Part shown: piece after piece, positions 1 to 12,846 of the stretch
Layout of the letters: each line of letters opens with the position of its first letter
Numbering within the stretch: position 1 is the stretch's first letter
Assembly (NCBI GenBank): GCA_044892525.1
Contig: CM097885.1
Location: forward strand, 15,068,001 to 15,128,000
DNA: 60,000 nt
Source: Schmidtea polychroa
Taxonomy: Eukaryota
Reading direction: 5' to 3'
Translations under genes and position numbers: made by a program
The notes under the pieces: model-generated
Told to the model about the DNA's origin: nothing
Seen by the model: the letters and a program-made list of their open reading frames with translations, nothing else
The model's database searches: none

Positions 1-200
1 ATATTAGGCATTGATTACGTAATAGTTCTAAAAATATTAGGCATCGTTCTAAAAATATTAGGCATCGTTCTAAAAGTATGACGTAATCATTCTAAAAATA
101 TTAGGCATCGTTCTAAAAATATTAGACATCGTTCTAAAAATATGACGTAACCATTCTAAAAATAAGAGGCATCGTTGGGTGAGTCATTGGGTGAGTCATT
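1..200. repeat. ~21-bp tandem repeat array (AAAATATTAGGCATCGTTCTA) with CRE-like and AP-1 motifs
   Basis: Repeated units read directly; TGACGTAA at 79 and 143; GGGTGAGTCATT twice in tandem (177-200). Confidence 0.8.
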
Positions 201-216
201 CTCTTTGTTAATATTA

Positions 217-895
217 ATGATGATGATACCTTCAATAGCTCATTCGAAAGGTCTTGGACTGAGCTTTAAGATGAGGTATCGTCCAATAAATTCCGTTGGT
301 GGGAACATTAATTTTTGGGATGAAAAAAAGTGTGAGCCCTCCCGGCCACATAATTAAAATTAAATGACCTTGAAAAAATAAATGACCTTGAAAAATTAAA
401 TGACCTTGAAAAAATAAATGACCTTGAAAAAACAAATGACCTTGAAAATAATAAATGACCTTGACCTTTTATTTAAAAATTTGACCTTGAAAATAATAAA
501 TGACCTTGAAAAATGGTCTCGGGAAAACGTTATTAACTTTGCCGATGTTAATGATGATGATACCTTCAATATCTCATTCGAAAGGTCTTGCACTGGGCCT
601 TAAAATGAGCTATAGATCAATAAAATCTGTTGGTGGGAACATTAATTTTTGGGACGAAAAAAAGTGTGAGCCCGCCCGGCCAATTAATAATATTTTGACA
701 AATAATAATAATTTAACGTTGAAAAGGTGGTCATCAATTGTTAATAACATTAAAACTATTAAAGATATATAAGATACCTATAGCTCATTCGAAAGGTCTT
801 GGACTGAGCTTTAAGATGATGTATCGTCCAATAAAATCTGATGGCGGGAACAATATTTCTTGGGATGAAAAAAAGTAGGAGTCCTCTGGACCAAT
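217..895. repeat. Three dispersed copies of a ~130-bp unit containing an imperfect palindrome
   Basis: Copies near 217-350, 546-680 and 773-895; each has CTCATTCGAAAG-N13-C(T/C)TTAA(G/A)ATGA followed by a GGGAACA...TTGGGA(T/C)GAAAAAAAGT tail. Confidence 0.85.
362..512. repeat. ~18-bp tandem array with 8 copies of TGACCTTGA (TCAAGGTCA on the minus strand)
   Basis: AAATGACCTTGAAAAA(A/T) units read directly. Confidence 0.9.
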
Positions 896-970
896 TAATT
901 AAAACAAAAAATTAAATTAAAAAAATTTTTTTTTTCTGGGGGGAGGGGGGGGAGGGGGAGGGGGTATATA

Positions 971-2362
971 GTGTCCAACAAAAATGGACCAACAACTAAA
1001 ACAAGTTGGCTCCTTGCAAAGATCTTGAAACCTTTATTAGACACGATACTACACCATCTTCAAAGCAGCGACTGCCTCATGACAAGACTAAATAATAACA
1101 TGATTTGTCATAGAGAATTCCAATACCCATTTAGTCTTGATGTCGTATCACTATACACATCTATCGAACCAACAGAGGCTATTCAATGTTTAGAAAAGAA
1201 ATTAAGAGAAAGCAACTTGTTAATAAAGGAAATGAATATCGAGAATATCACCAAACTACTTACTGTTATCCTCGAGAACACCTATTTTACCTTTGAACAA
1301 AATATCTATAAACAAGTTAAAGGTCTGCCTATGGGTTCTAGCATATCAGGACTGCTAGCAATCATCTTTATGGATAACCTCGAACGACAGACACTGAGGA
1401 CCATACAACCCATCGGTTTCTATGCAAGATATGTAGATGATATCTTCATCACGACCAAAAACAAAAAAGAAGCGGAGGAAATATTTCATACATTCAATGC
1501 GGCTCATCAAGATATTAAGTTCGAAATCGAATATCCGGAAGAAGATGGATCCCTCAATTTATTGGATTTGAGAATCAAAAGAGAAGAAAATACTCCAACA
1601 TACGGGTTCTACAGAAAACCAGCTCGCAAAGAAATATTTATGCACCAAAGATCAGCGCTTCCATACTTACAGAAAGTACATGTCATAAGAAACGAGAAAC
1701 GAAGAATAGCCAATCGATGCACGGAGAAAAACGAAAACTTTAAAGAGCAATCAAATTTCAATAAAATCCTACACCGAAACGGATACCAAGGTGAGGACAT
1801 TGAAAGAATGAATTCTACCCCAAGAAGATCTAGGGAATTAACACAAAAGAATCAGAAATATTTCTATCTGAATATCCCATTCATCAGTGACATACTCGAC
1901 TTCAAGATCCTGAAAGAACTTAAACGTACCGGTCTTCCAATTCGGATAGCACATAAATCTTGGACATTGAGAAGGGCTCTGGCAGGCAACATAAATAGAG
2001 AAAACAATTGCACAATGAAAAACTGCCAGACACCGAAAGATATGTGCTTTAGAAAAAACATCGTCTATTGCATCACGTGCAATGTATGCAATGAAATCTA
2101 CATTGGAAGTACCCTCAGGACATTGCACCAAAGAGTTAAAGAACATCTAGATCCTGGTGGAACATCCTCGTTGGGCAGACATCTCCGGCAGTGTCAGCCA
2201 ACAGAAGAAAGAAAAAATATTTCAATAGAAATCATAGCTAATGGAAACATCCAAAAGAAAAATGTCAGAATCAAAGAAGCAATTCTCATCATAAACAGAC
2301 AGCCAAAGATCAACACTAAAGAAGAAATCAATGAAATCATGAATTTGATCTGTTGTCATTGA
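971..2362 (+). CDS. PLE reverse transcriptase + C-terminal GIY-YIG endonuclease (N-terminally truncated; the GTG start is not the true start)
   Basis: SLDVVSLYTSI, QVKGLPMGSSISGLLA, RYVDDIF, YRKP, Cys-rich linker CTMKNC...C, IVYCITCNVCNEIYIGST...R..EH. Confidence 0.93.
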   Translation: MSNKNGPTTKTSWLLAKILKPLLDTILHHLQSSDCLMTRLNNNMICHREFQYPFSLDVVSLYTSIEPTEAIQCLEKKLRESNLLIKEMNIENITKLLTVILENTYFTFEQNIYKQVKGLPMGSSISGLLAIIFMDNLERQTLRTIQPIGFYARYVDDIFITTKNKKEAEEIFHTFNAAHQDIKFEIEYPEEDGSLNLLDLRIKREENTPTYGFYRKPARKEIFMHQRSALPYLQKVHVIRNEKRRIANRCTEKNENFKEQSNFNKILHRNGYQGEDIERMNSTPRRSRELTQKNQKYFYLNIPFISDILDFKILKELKRTGLPIRIAHKSWTLRRALAGNINRENNCTMKNCQTPKDMCFRKNIVYCITCNVCNEIYIGSTLRTLHQRVKEHLDPGGTSSLGRHLRQCQPTEERKNISIEIIANGNIQKKNVRIKEAILIINRQPKINTKEEINEIMNLICCH

Positions 2363-2759
2363 CTTTGAGAATAACTGACAATATATAAAGAAATTAAAAA
2401 AAATAGAATAAATTAAAAAGTAATAATTAGAATAATATAAAAAAAAATTTTAAAAAATAGGGTTTGAAAATCAAAATTGACACATTTATTGAAATATTTA
2501 AATAGCATATATAAGTAGTTATTGGAGGCTTTATTTAAAATATTTTCAAATATTTTATTAGGCTTCTAGAAGCTAATTATAGAAGCTGTAAAAAAATTTA
2601 AAAATTTTTAGTTTGTGTCATTTTGAAATTTTAAATGTAAAAAATTTTAAAAGTTTTTAGTAAAACAATTCATTATATTTACAACCAATGAGAATTAAGA
2701 GAAAGGAAATCAAAGAAAGATTGAAAGGTATTTTGGGGAAGAACATTGCTAAATTCCAG

Positions 2760-2798
2760 GAGATTGACAAGGACTATCGTATAGTCGAAAATTCTTTC
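2760..2798 (+). ncRNA. Minimal hammerhead ribozyme-like motif, U3-A8 core variant
   Basis: GAGA-TTGACAA-G-GACTAT(CGT)ATAGTC-GAA-AATT-C-TTTC: perfect stem II, palindromic stem III, weak stem I; lies in the PLE 3' region. Confidence 0.6.
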
Positions 2799-2850
2799 AT
2801 TAAATACATTATTTGCAGCAAAAGGCTTAAATTATCATTTTATTGTTTTA

Positions 2851-3058
<208 letters not shown>

Positions 3059-3551
3059 TATCTATCGGAATAAGTTCATTAGCTTCCAAGCTTCAAATTT
3101 AGTGCCGATTCATTATAAATAAAGTTGAATATTGTATTTCTGTTCTTTACCAAAAGAGTATCTTGTATTTTTCAACATGCAATCAAAATATAATAGTAGA
3201 TGGATGAGGGCCATCTGGATCAGGGGCCCTCTGGATCACATACCCCCCCCCCCCTAGTGGAAATTTTTTAAAATTCTTTTCAAGGTCAAATTTTTAAATG
3301 TAAAGTTCAATTTTTTGTTAATTTGAAATTCGAGAGTTCCCGACAAGAGATATTATTATTTGAAAATAAAGGTCTTTGAAACACAGGGATTATTGTTATA
3401 TATACTCTGAGTTTATCCGACAAGATATTCTGTCCCCCTATGGGTATTGTTCACAAAGGTGCTGGTCACACTCAACAAGTCGCAAGGGTATTATTAAACA
3501 AATCAATAAAACATACATTTATTTAAACAATAAAATAATTTAACAAGGGTT

Positions 3552-5598
<2,047 letters not shown>

Positions 5599-7967
5599 GG
5601 CCTTTTCATGGAATTGAGTAAAATAATCTGCGAGGAGAAACACGTCTAATTTAAGGTAAGTTAACATGTAATCTAACATGTTGTTGCAATTTTGCTGAGT
5701 CCAAATAACTTGGGCTAATGCATACTCATCATTAGACACAGAATCCCAGATCGGAGGTAGTTCAAGAGTCGATTCCAGAACCTCAAGCGATGTAGCGAAG
5801 TCATATGGAAAGATACCTTTGGCTCGAACAATTGCGCCATCAAAAACAGAAGAAGTTAAAGGCAGATCGGAAAGAGTCTTAACTGCTTTTGCTAGAGATG
5901 AATTAACAAACTGCATGCTGTCAATAAAACGAACAGGCAATTTGTTAATATACGCGATGAGGGAGATGAATTTCTCGGTAGTAGTCGGAATAATATTTAA
6001 TTCCCAAGAAGGAAAATTATTCAAACCATACTTCAAAATATGATGGAGATCATACCCCCTCAAATTATGAAACACAACCGGTAACTGGCTCTGAATTCGC
6101 CGAGAAACATTACATTTCCTACAAGCAGCACCAAGATACCTGCCTGAGAAGTGGCAATGGTCCCTAACTCTATCTTTAATAAATTTCTTACAAAGGTAAC
6201 AGGTTCTGGATTCTCGAAAAGCCCGCTCTTCAGTGAAAGACAAGGTTTGCATGGGCTTTTTCCCATTAATTTCGTAATATGGCAGGACAATTTTGACCGC
6301 AATTTCCTCCACCTTACGCAAGAAAGACAACACACAATCATCACCAACAAACTCATAATAAAATTTTGTGTTATTATAATTATTAATTAATAACATGCCT
6401 GCTGTTATTGGCAAGTGTTTTTGATGATGGGTAATATCCTCGGGTAAAATTGCCTCAAAATCGGCATATATCACGAATGGCGGGGTGATTGTCTTGGAGT
6501 AATCTTTAAATAATAAATTTTTATCTTTAGGTAGTGTGTATAGAGTTGTTCCTATCTGGTTTTTTATGCATAAGGCGACATGAATATCAAATGCATTTTT
6601 ATGTCTAAATCCGTTAAGACAATGGGGGCACCAGTTAACTTTAATTCTAACGCTGCATTCACTGCTAGAGTGACAATTCATTAGTCTTTGTAAGGTAAAA
6701 ACTGCGGTATAATGGAAATTATCACCGTCTTCCAATAAAAGTAAGTATATGGGTTCACCACCTATAACCTTAGATCGGTGAATAATATCTAATTGAGGAT
6801 GATGTGGAATATAGTTACTATCATCGTTTTCAGAAGGCTTAGCTGGGTTCTTTTTATAAATTAAAACATTTATTGATAAATTTAAATCATTATTTTTCCT
6901 TTCAAATTTAGGGATATCACATAATTTCATGGGACAATCACTTATAGGGTCAAAATTTAACTCGTCAAGATAATTTTCATAGGAAATAACTCTATTTCTA
7001 TTTATATATACTACATTACGTTTTAAAAGGGCTAAAATACTATATATAAAGCACATATCGTCAGTGTTTTTGACGTTTACTATTGCTTTTTTAGAATTTA
7101 AAGCCGCTGGGGTGGGGATATAACTATGTCCAGCTAATCTATTTATACATTTATATTTATTTATTATAAAATCTATCTCTTTGATTTTAACCACTCGCCA
7201 TCCGCTACCCAAATATGTGAATTTTTCTATTTTCTCATTTAACTTAGTGATACCCTTTACTAGAAAATTATCTGAAAAAACTTCGGCGTTATTGGAGAAA
7301 AAATTATCTCGGATTTCGCCATCTTTCTCAAATTGGATTAAAACGGTGAATTGTATTTTAACTGTGCCCATACCGTTTATTTCGGTAATTAATTTATTTG
7401 TCATCTTATTTGTAATGAAAACTTGTACCAAGTTATCTTTTTCCATATTAAATCGTAAATTCTTTCTAGCCCCCTTAAAATCTATCTCAATTTCAGGTTC
7501 ATCGTCAATATCGATCGAACCACCTATTTGATTATATATTGAATCACCAGTTGTATTAATTTTAACAATTTTAGAGGGAACACCAGACCCAAAACTAACA
7601 GCAGGCTGTTTATTATTATTTAGAATATTATTTATTTTAGTATTTAGATTCGTATTTAGATTAGTATTATTTACATTATTATTTACATGTTTTGTATTAT
7701 AATTATAATTTATAGGTTTTGTATTTAGGTGTTTTGTAGTATTATGTGTTGACTGTTGTATTTTGATAAACAATTTCTTTTTATTTAAAGAAAACAGATT
7801 TAAATGTGATTTGTGAATATTATAAAACTCTATATATTTAATGCTGTGGGAAGTCTCGCATATTGGACATATAAAGTAGTTGATGCCATAGAATCTATGA
7901 CCGTAGTATTTTTTCATATTTTTATGGCATATTTGTATGATCATTTTACCTGATTTTTTAATTTAAT

Positions 7968-8144
7968 AAACAATAGAGTAGGGTAATGTGTGGAGTCGGG
8001 AACAAAGACATATGACGTCATCGATGAAGTCACAAAGACATATGAGTATAGGGGTATTTTTAAACAAAGACATATGACTCATCGTGATGACTCATCAAGG
8101 TCATATGACTCATCGACTCCACACATTACCCTACTCTACTGTTT
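7968..8144. promoter_or_regulatory. Putative bidirectional promoter or origin: 31-bp inverted repeats enclosing CRE, AP-1 and TCAAGGTCA motifs
   Basis: 7968-7998 vs 8114-8144 inverted with 1 mismatch; TGACGTCA 8013; TGACTCA 8075, 8088, 8106; TCAAGGTCA 8095; ACAAAGACATATGA three times; directly upstream of the pPolB ATG. Confidence 0.65.
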
Positions 8145-8180
8145 TTACTCTTTTTGTAACTTTTAACAGGTCTGATCGAG

Positions 8181-9629
8181 ATTGCTTACAATGGTCTGGA
8201 GCCTCTTAATTTCTATGGCATTCCCGGTATGTCATGGGCCTCAGCGCTTATGACATTAACGGAACCCATTGAACTTCTGCAGGACATGGAAATGTTTAAT
8301 TTCTATGAGGGAGGGATACGAGGTGGGTTGACATTTGTTAACAAACATTATGTTGCTAGTTCTGAAGACACAGAACTCTTGTATATTGACATAAATAACT
8401 TGTATGGATGGGCCTTAAGCCAAAATCTGCCTTATGCTGACTTTGAATGGGTGTATGATGATCTTGATTCTGTCTTGAATGAATGTATGAATGAGGATAT
8501 TGAAAATCTTCCATATGGGTATACTCTGGAGGTTGATATTGATATCCCTCAGTGTGTGCATGATTTTTTGAATGATTTTCCGATTGCTCCGGAAAAAATG
8601 TGCCCGCCAGATTCGAAAGTTGAGAAGCTGATCCTCACGCATTGGCCGAAGAAGAACCATGTTCTTCATTGGCGACTTCTCAAGTTGTATATAGAGTTGG
8701 GGGCTATTATTAAAAATGTACATAGGGCAATTAAATTTAAGCATGCACCCATTTTTAAATCGTACATAGACAAAAACACTAATTTACGAGCCAATTCTAC
8801 ATGTGAATTATATAGGGATTTATACAAATTATTTAACAATAGCTTGTATGGTAAATCGGTGGAGAATCTGAAAAAGCGGATGAATTTGAGGCTATGCAAT
8901 TCAGCTGAAAAGATGATTGTATATGCTTCAAAACCTACTTTCAGAAAATCTATCAAAATTGCTGATGATCTGATTGCTGCTCATCTGGATAAAGATTCAA
9001 TATGTTTAGACAGGCCTAGCTATATTGGTCAAACAGTGTTAGACCTGTCTAAACTAAGAATGTATCAACTACAATATGTGGAATTGGCCAAGTACAGGTC
9101 TGAATTTAATTGTAATATAAATATCGTTGCCGGTGACACTGACTCCTTTTTCTTAGAGATAAAGCACTGTAAGCTTGACACTCTTTTGCCGGCAATGATT
9201 CTTGATAATCTTCTAGATACTAGCAATTATGATCCTGCTCATCCTTTGTATTCAAAGAGTTTGGATTCTGTGATAGGGAAATTTAAGGACGAAAGTAAAG
9301 GTTTAGGGTATAAGGAATGGGTTTTCTTAAGACCCAAGTGCTATAGTTTGTTAGGGGATAAAAATCATTTAAAAGCAAAGGGAGTTCAGCTTGGTAATAC
9401 TGAGATAGGGCACCAGTCTTATTTAGACTGCTACAACAACAGCGTAGTATTTTCGGTACCACAAACTAGAATAGGGACGCGTAACCACCAGCTTCTTACG
9501 TTTAAAAATACCAAGATCGCGTTGTCAAACAACGATGACAAACGATTATGGGTGGGGAAAAATTCCAGTCTCGCATATGGACATTATTTAGGAGTCGATG
9601 TTCCAGATGTTGATCAAGTAATTTCATAA
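8181..9629 (+). pseudogene. 5'-truncated inverted copy of pPolB (polymerase domain only; ORF from Met at 8229)
   Basis: 466-aa ORF matches the C-terminus of the 1264-aa ORF except R to L (CGT/CTT, positions 4577 and 9202). Confidence 0.88.
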
Positions 9630-9834
9630 ATTCGTTCACTTTTTAGCGGAATGAGTCCAGATTTCAATGATGATGACAATGAAGCCAATGATGACAATGA
9701 TATTGATATAGATGACGTATTGTTATCGAATTGATCTGTGATTCAATATATCTTTTAATGTCTTAATTTATTATGAAAACTAATAATAATTTGTAAATCT
9801 TAATAATAATAATAATAATGAAAATAATAATAAA

Positions 9835-9882
<48 letters not shown>

Positions 9883-9997
9883 TAATAATAATAATAAAAA
9901 AAAATGAAAATATAAATAAATAATAAATAAATAAATTAAAATATTAAAAAAAAAATAAATAAATAAATAAAATAATAATAATAATATTAATAATAAT

Positions 9998-10040
<43 letters not shown>

Positions 10041-10102
10041 GTAATAATAGTAATATTAATAAAAATAGTAATAATAATAATAAAATGACTTTGTATTTAC
10101 AT
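8181..10102 (+). repeat. Right arm of the inverted repeat
   Basis: Starts ATTGCTTACAATGG (mirror of 5598), ends ...TTTGTATTTACAT (mirror of 3552); microsatellite lengths differ between arms. Confidence 0.95.
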
Positions 10103-10114
10103 GACTTTGTATTT

Positions 10115-10589
10115 CCGAAAATTAATGTGCAGAATGCTGTAAATACTTGTGTGTTGAGTGTTTTTAAATAAGCTTTTGTGTATTGTATGTATTGATTGTT
10201 GTGTTAAATTAAATAATTGATAAAAAAATTTTAAATTTTTAAATTATTAAATTAAATTTTAAATGTTAAAGTTTTTAAAAAAATAATATTTTTATAAAAT
10301 AAAAAATTTTTATATATAATTAAATTTGTTTAAAATCCTTTATTTAATGAGTATTATATCCCACCTGATGATGACAGGAAAACTGTCGAAATTAATCGTG
10401 AAAAAAATGTTTGATTGGCGTTATCTTATAATTAAATCATTGCCATGTATGTTTAACTATTTATTCAATAATAATTATAGTGAGACATTAAACGGTTCAA
10501 GCCAATAATTTAATTTCAATGATTTGCACTCGTTACATTACTTTCCTCGATAATATTGATTCAGTTAATCAAACTACGGTCACCATAAA

Positions 10590-10590
<1 letters not shown>
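10115..10590 (+). mobile_element. Probable 3' end (pseudo-LTR) of a second PLE family
   Basis: AT-rich segment, then hammerhead, then (AAT)n, the same layout as the PLE end at 2360-3057; no ORF. Confidence 0.5.
10362..10400 (+). ncRNA. Minimal type I hammerhead ribozyme
   Basis: CAC-CTGATGA-T-GACAG(GAAAA)CTGTC-GAA-ATTAAT-C-GTG: full core, 5-bp stem II, palindromic stem III, 3-bp stem I. Confidence 0.85.
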
Positions 10591-10800
<210 letters not shown>

Positions 10801-10954
10801 AATAATGATATTGCTATAACAAATAAATATCATCAAAACATTATATATCGACAAAGGATATCTAATAAAAACCAAAATAAGAGAAATCATAATCAAGATA
10901 TATTATTAAAAACATAAATATTAATAAAAATCAACATGCAAAGATAAAACGTTA

Positions 10955-11476
10955 CTAGACAAGCAAAGCAGCACTTTCGAAATCTTCAAAAGAGTAAATG
11001 ATAACAATTGAATCATTTTTAATAGCCTTATTTTTGAGTAGGTCTTCAAAAGCGAAATTAAAAAGCGGGCTCAGTCCATTCACCTCAATCAAACATTTCT
11101 GCTTATACCTCAACACTTGAAAGGGTTTATTATTAACGATTATTCCTAGATTTAAATTATTATAAAACGGCCACGTTAATTTCTCATCGTTTTCTCCCTT
11201 TAACACTTGGAATTGTAGAGACAAATGAGTTCCTCGGAATTCTAGAGTTCCTCCAGAAAATAAACACAACCACATCTTATAACCATCTCTATGAGAATAA
11301 AAGAATTCACTAAAGTCAACACCATTTCGCTTCCGCTTTTCGGCAAAATGATCAACCTTCCAAATAAATACACCAGTTGGTGAAAATATTTTCATTTCTA
11401 ACAAATTTAATCGGCTATTGAAGTAGTAATCTTCATTTCCCAATAAAATAACCTTATTAGAGGTCTCAATGGATTC
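10955..11476 (-). CDS. TRAF-type MATH (TRAF-C) domain, terminal exon
   Basis: GVFIWKV...SEFFYSHRDGYKMWLCLF..G...RGTHLSL.FQVLKGENDEKLTWPF; phase-0 acceptor TTTTTGTTAAG|GAA at 11477/11476. Confidence 0.88.
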   Translation of the reverse strand, partial: ESIETSNKVILLGNEDYYFNSRLNLLEMKIFSPTGVFIWKVDHFAEKRKRNGVDFSEFFYSHRDGYKMWLCLFSGGTLEFRGTHLSLQFQVLKGENDEKLTWPFYNNLNLGIIVNNKPFQVLRYKQKCLIEVNGLSPLFNFAFEDLLKNKAIKNDSIVIIYSFEDFESAALLV

Positions 11477-11738
11477 CTTAACAAAAAATAAATAATGAAA
11501 GTAAAATTAAAATGTGTTTTGAAGAAAAAAGAAATTAATAAACATAAGCCTAATATTCAATGTTTTCAATTGTTCCAAACTGAAGATCTTAGTGACACCA
11601 CCAAGAATTTAGTAAAAATTTATTTTTTAATAAATATTTATTAGGGAAAAATAGAACCAACACAAACCAAATAGAAATCTTAGAAAGCTTCAAAGTAATT
11701 TTTAAATAATTTTAACAAGTTGATCCCGACGATGCCAT

Positions 11739-12168
11739 TGTTAAGGTTGGGTCCAAGTTCGTAAATAGTAAAATTTATTTTAATTTAAGTTTCAAATTTG
11801 ATATAAAAGGACATAAATTTGTACTTAGCAACAGTTTTCTAGGGCAACTAAATCGCACAAATTTTTCAGAGCATTAAATAGAAGAGGGTAGATCATCTAG
11901 GATAACGTTACTGCCATATATCTGAGTAGTATTCGATCGCGTTAAAGTTCCGGTAACCCTCGTCTTTTCCTATCATTGTTGAGTGGTGCTGTTGAGGACG
12001 GTTTTTATAACCGTTATCTTTTCTTTTGCTATTTGCGACCAATTGTTGGGTAACACGTTTTATTGTTATTTTAACTTGTGTGTTTAAATCATATTTGTAT
12101 TTATAAATAAACTATTTGTTGAATTGCGTTAATTGTGTTAATCATACAACCGGATTGCGTACCTAACA
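11739..12168. mobile_element. Solo LTR (probably Gypsy-type), 430 bp
   Basis: TGTTAAGGT...ACCTAACA termini; 4-bp TSD CCAT on both sides; internal AATAAA. Confidence 0.75.
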
Positions 12169-12846
12169 CCATGCTTTGTGACGTTACATATTACTTGCAT
12201 GTAATTGAGAAGCAAAGCTGGTTGTATGTAATTGTTTCACGTGGCCTGAATGTCAATAGGGTACTTAATTTTTATTTCAACTCAATAAAATTTTTATTAT
12301 TAATTTTATTATTACTATTATGAAAAATGGATTTTATTGCTATTAATATTTCTGCAGTTAAAATTTCATGGGGACAGTTTGAATCTTCTAACACATTCAA
12401 CACTAATTCACGATAAGTAATCAAGTGTTGTATTTCTGTGATGTAGAAGACATGAGTACCGCGACGATTTTTCAGTGCACGATGGGACATGGTTGCAAAG
12501 TTCTAAGTTGATCCACCGCAGGATGATACTATTTATATACTGTTGGTAAAACGATCTGACTTCAATTGATTTTTGTGAGAACGAATTAGAGATTAAAAAA
12601 ACTGCCGTTATAGATTGGAGTAATTGGTGGAACTCATGTTGAGATAGACGAAAGCATATTTACGTGTCCAAAGAATCTGGACGGAAAGTTGTTACTTCAA
12701 AAGGGGGTTTTCGGAGGAATTTGCCGAGAAACCGAAGATTAATTCATGTCCGTCGTTGCTGACCGTAGTGCTACTACCCTACTTTCCATTATTCGACAAT
12801 TCTGCCAGGAACAACTATATTTCCAGATAAATGGGCAGCAACATCG

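Larger units (their letters stand above)
968..2850 (+). mobile_element. 5'-truncated Penelope-like retroelement (PLE) ending at an (AAT)n tract
   Basis: RT + GIY-YIG ORF begins abruptly after a G-tract; AT-rich 3' region contains a hammerhead-like motif; (AAT)n follows. Confidence 0.85.

Noticed and set aside
1..512. Possible CRISPR-like array
   Set aside because: Repeats are contiguous with no unique spacers; eukaryotic context; no cas genes
175..772. Short ORFs in the repeat region (FFQGH repeats etc.)
   Set aside because: They are translations of tandem repeats with no protein-like features
8167..8229. Spliced-leader AUG translating the truncated pPolB copy
   Set aside because: An AUG joined at AG 8169 reads GTC TGA, an immediate stop, and is out of frame with the polymerase
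9618..9646. 29-nt GT-AG intron that would remove the pPolB stop
   Set aside because: Shorter than other introns here, and splicing gives RNESRFQ*, out of frame with the acidic tail
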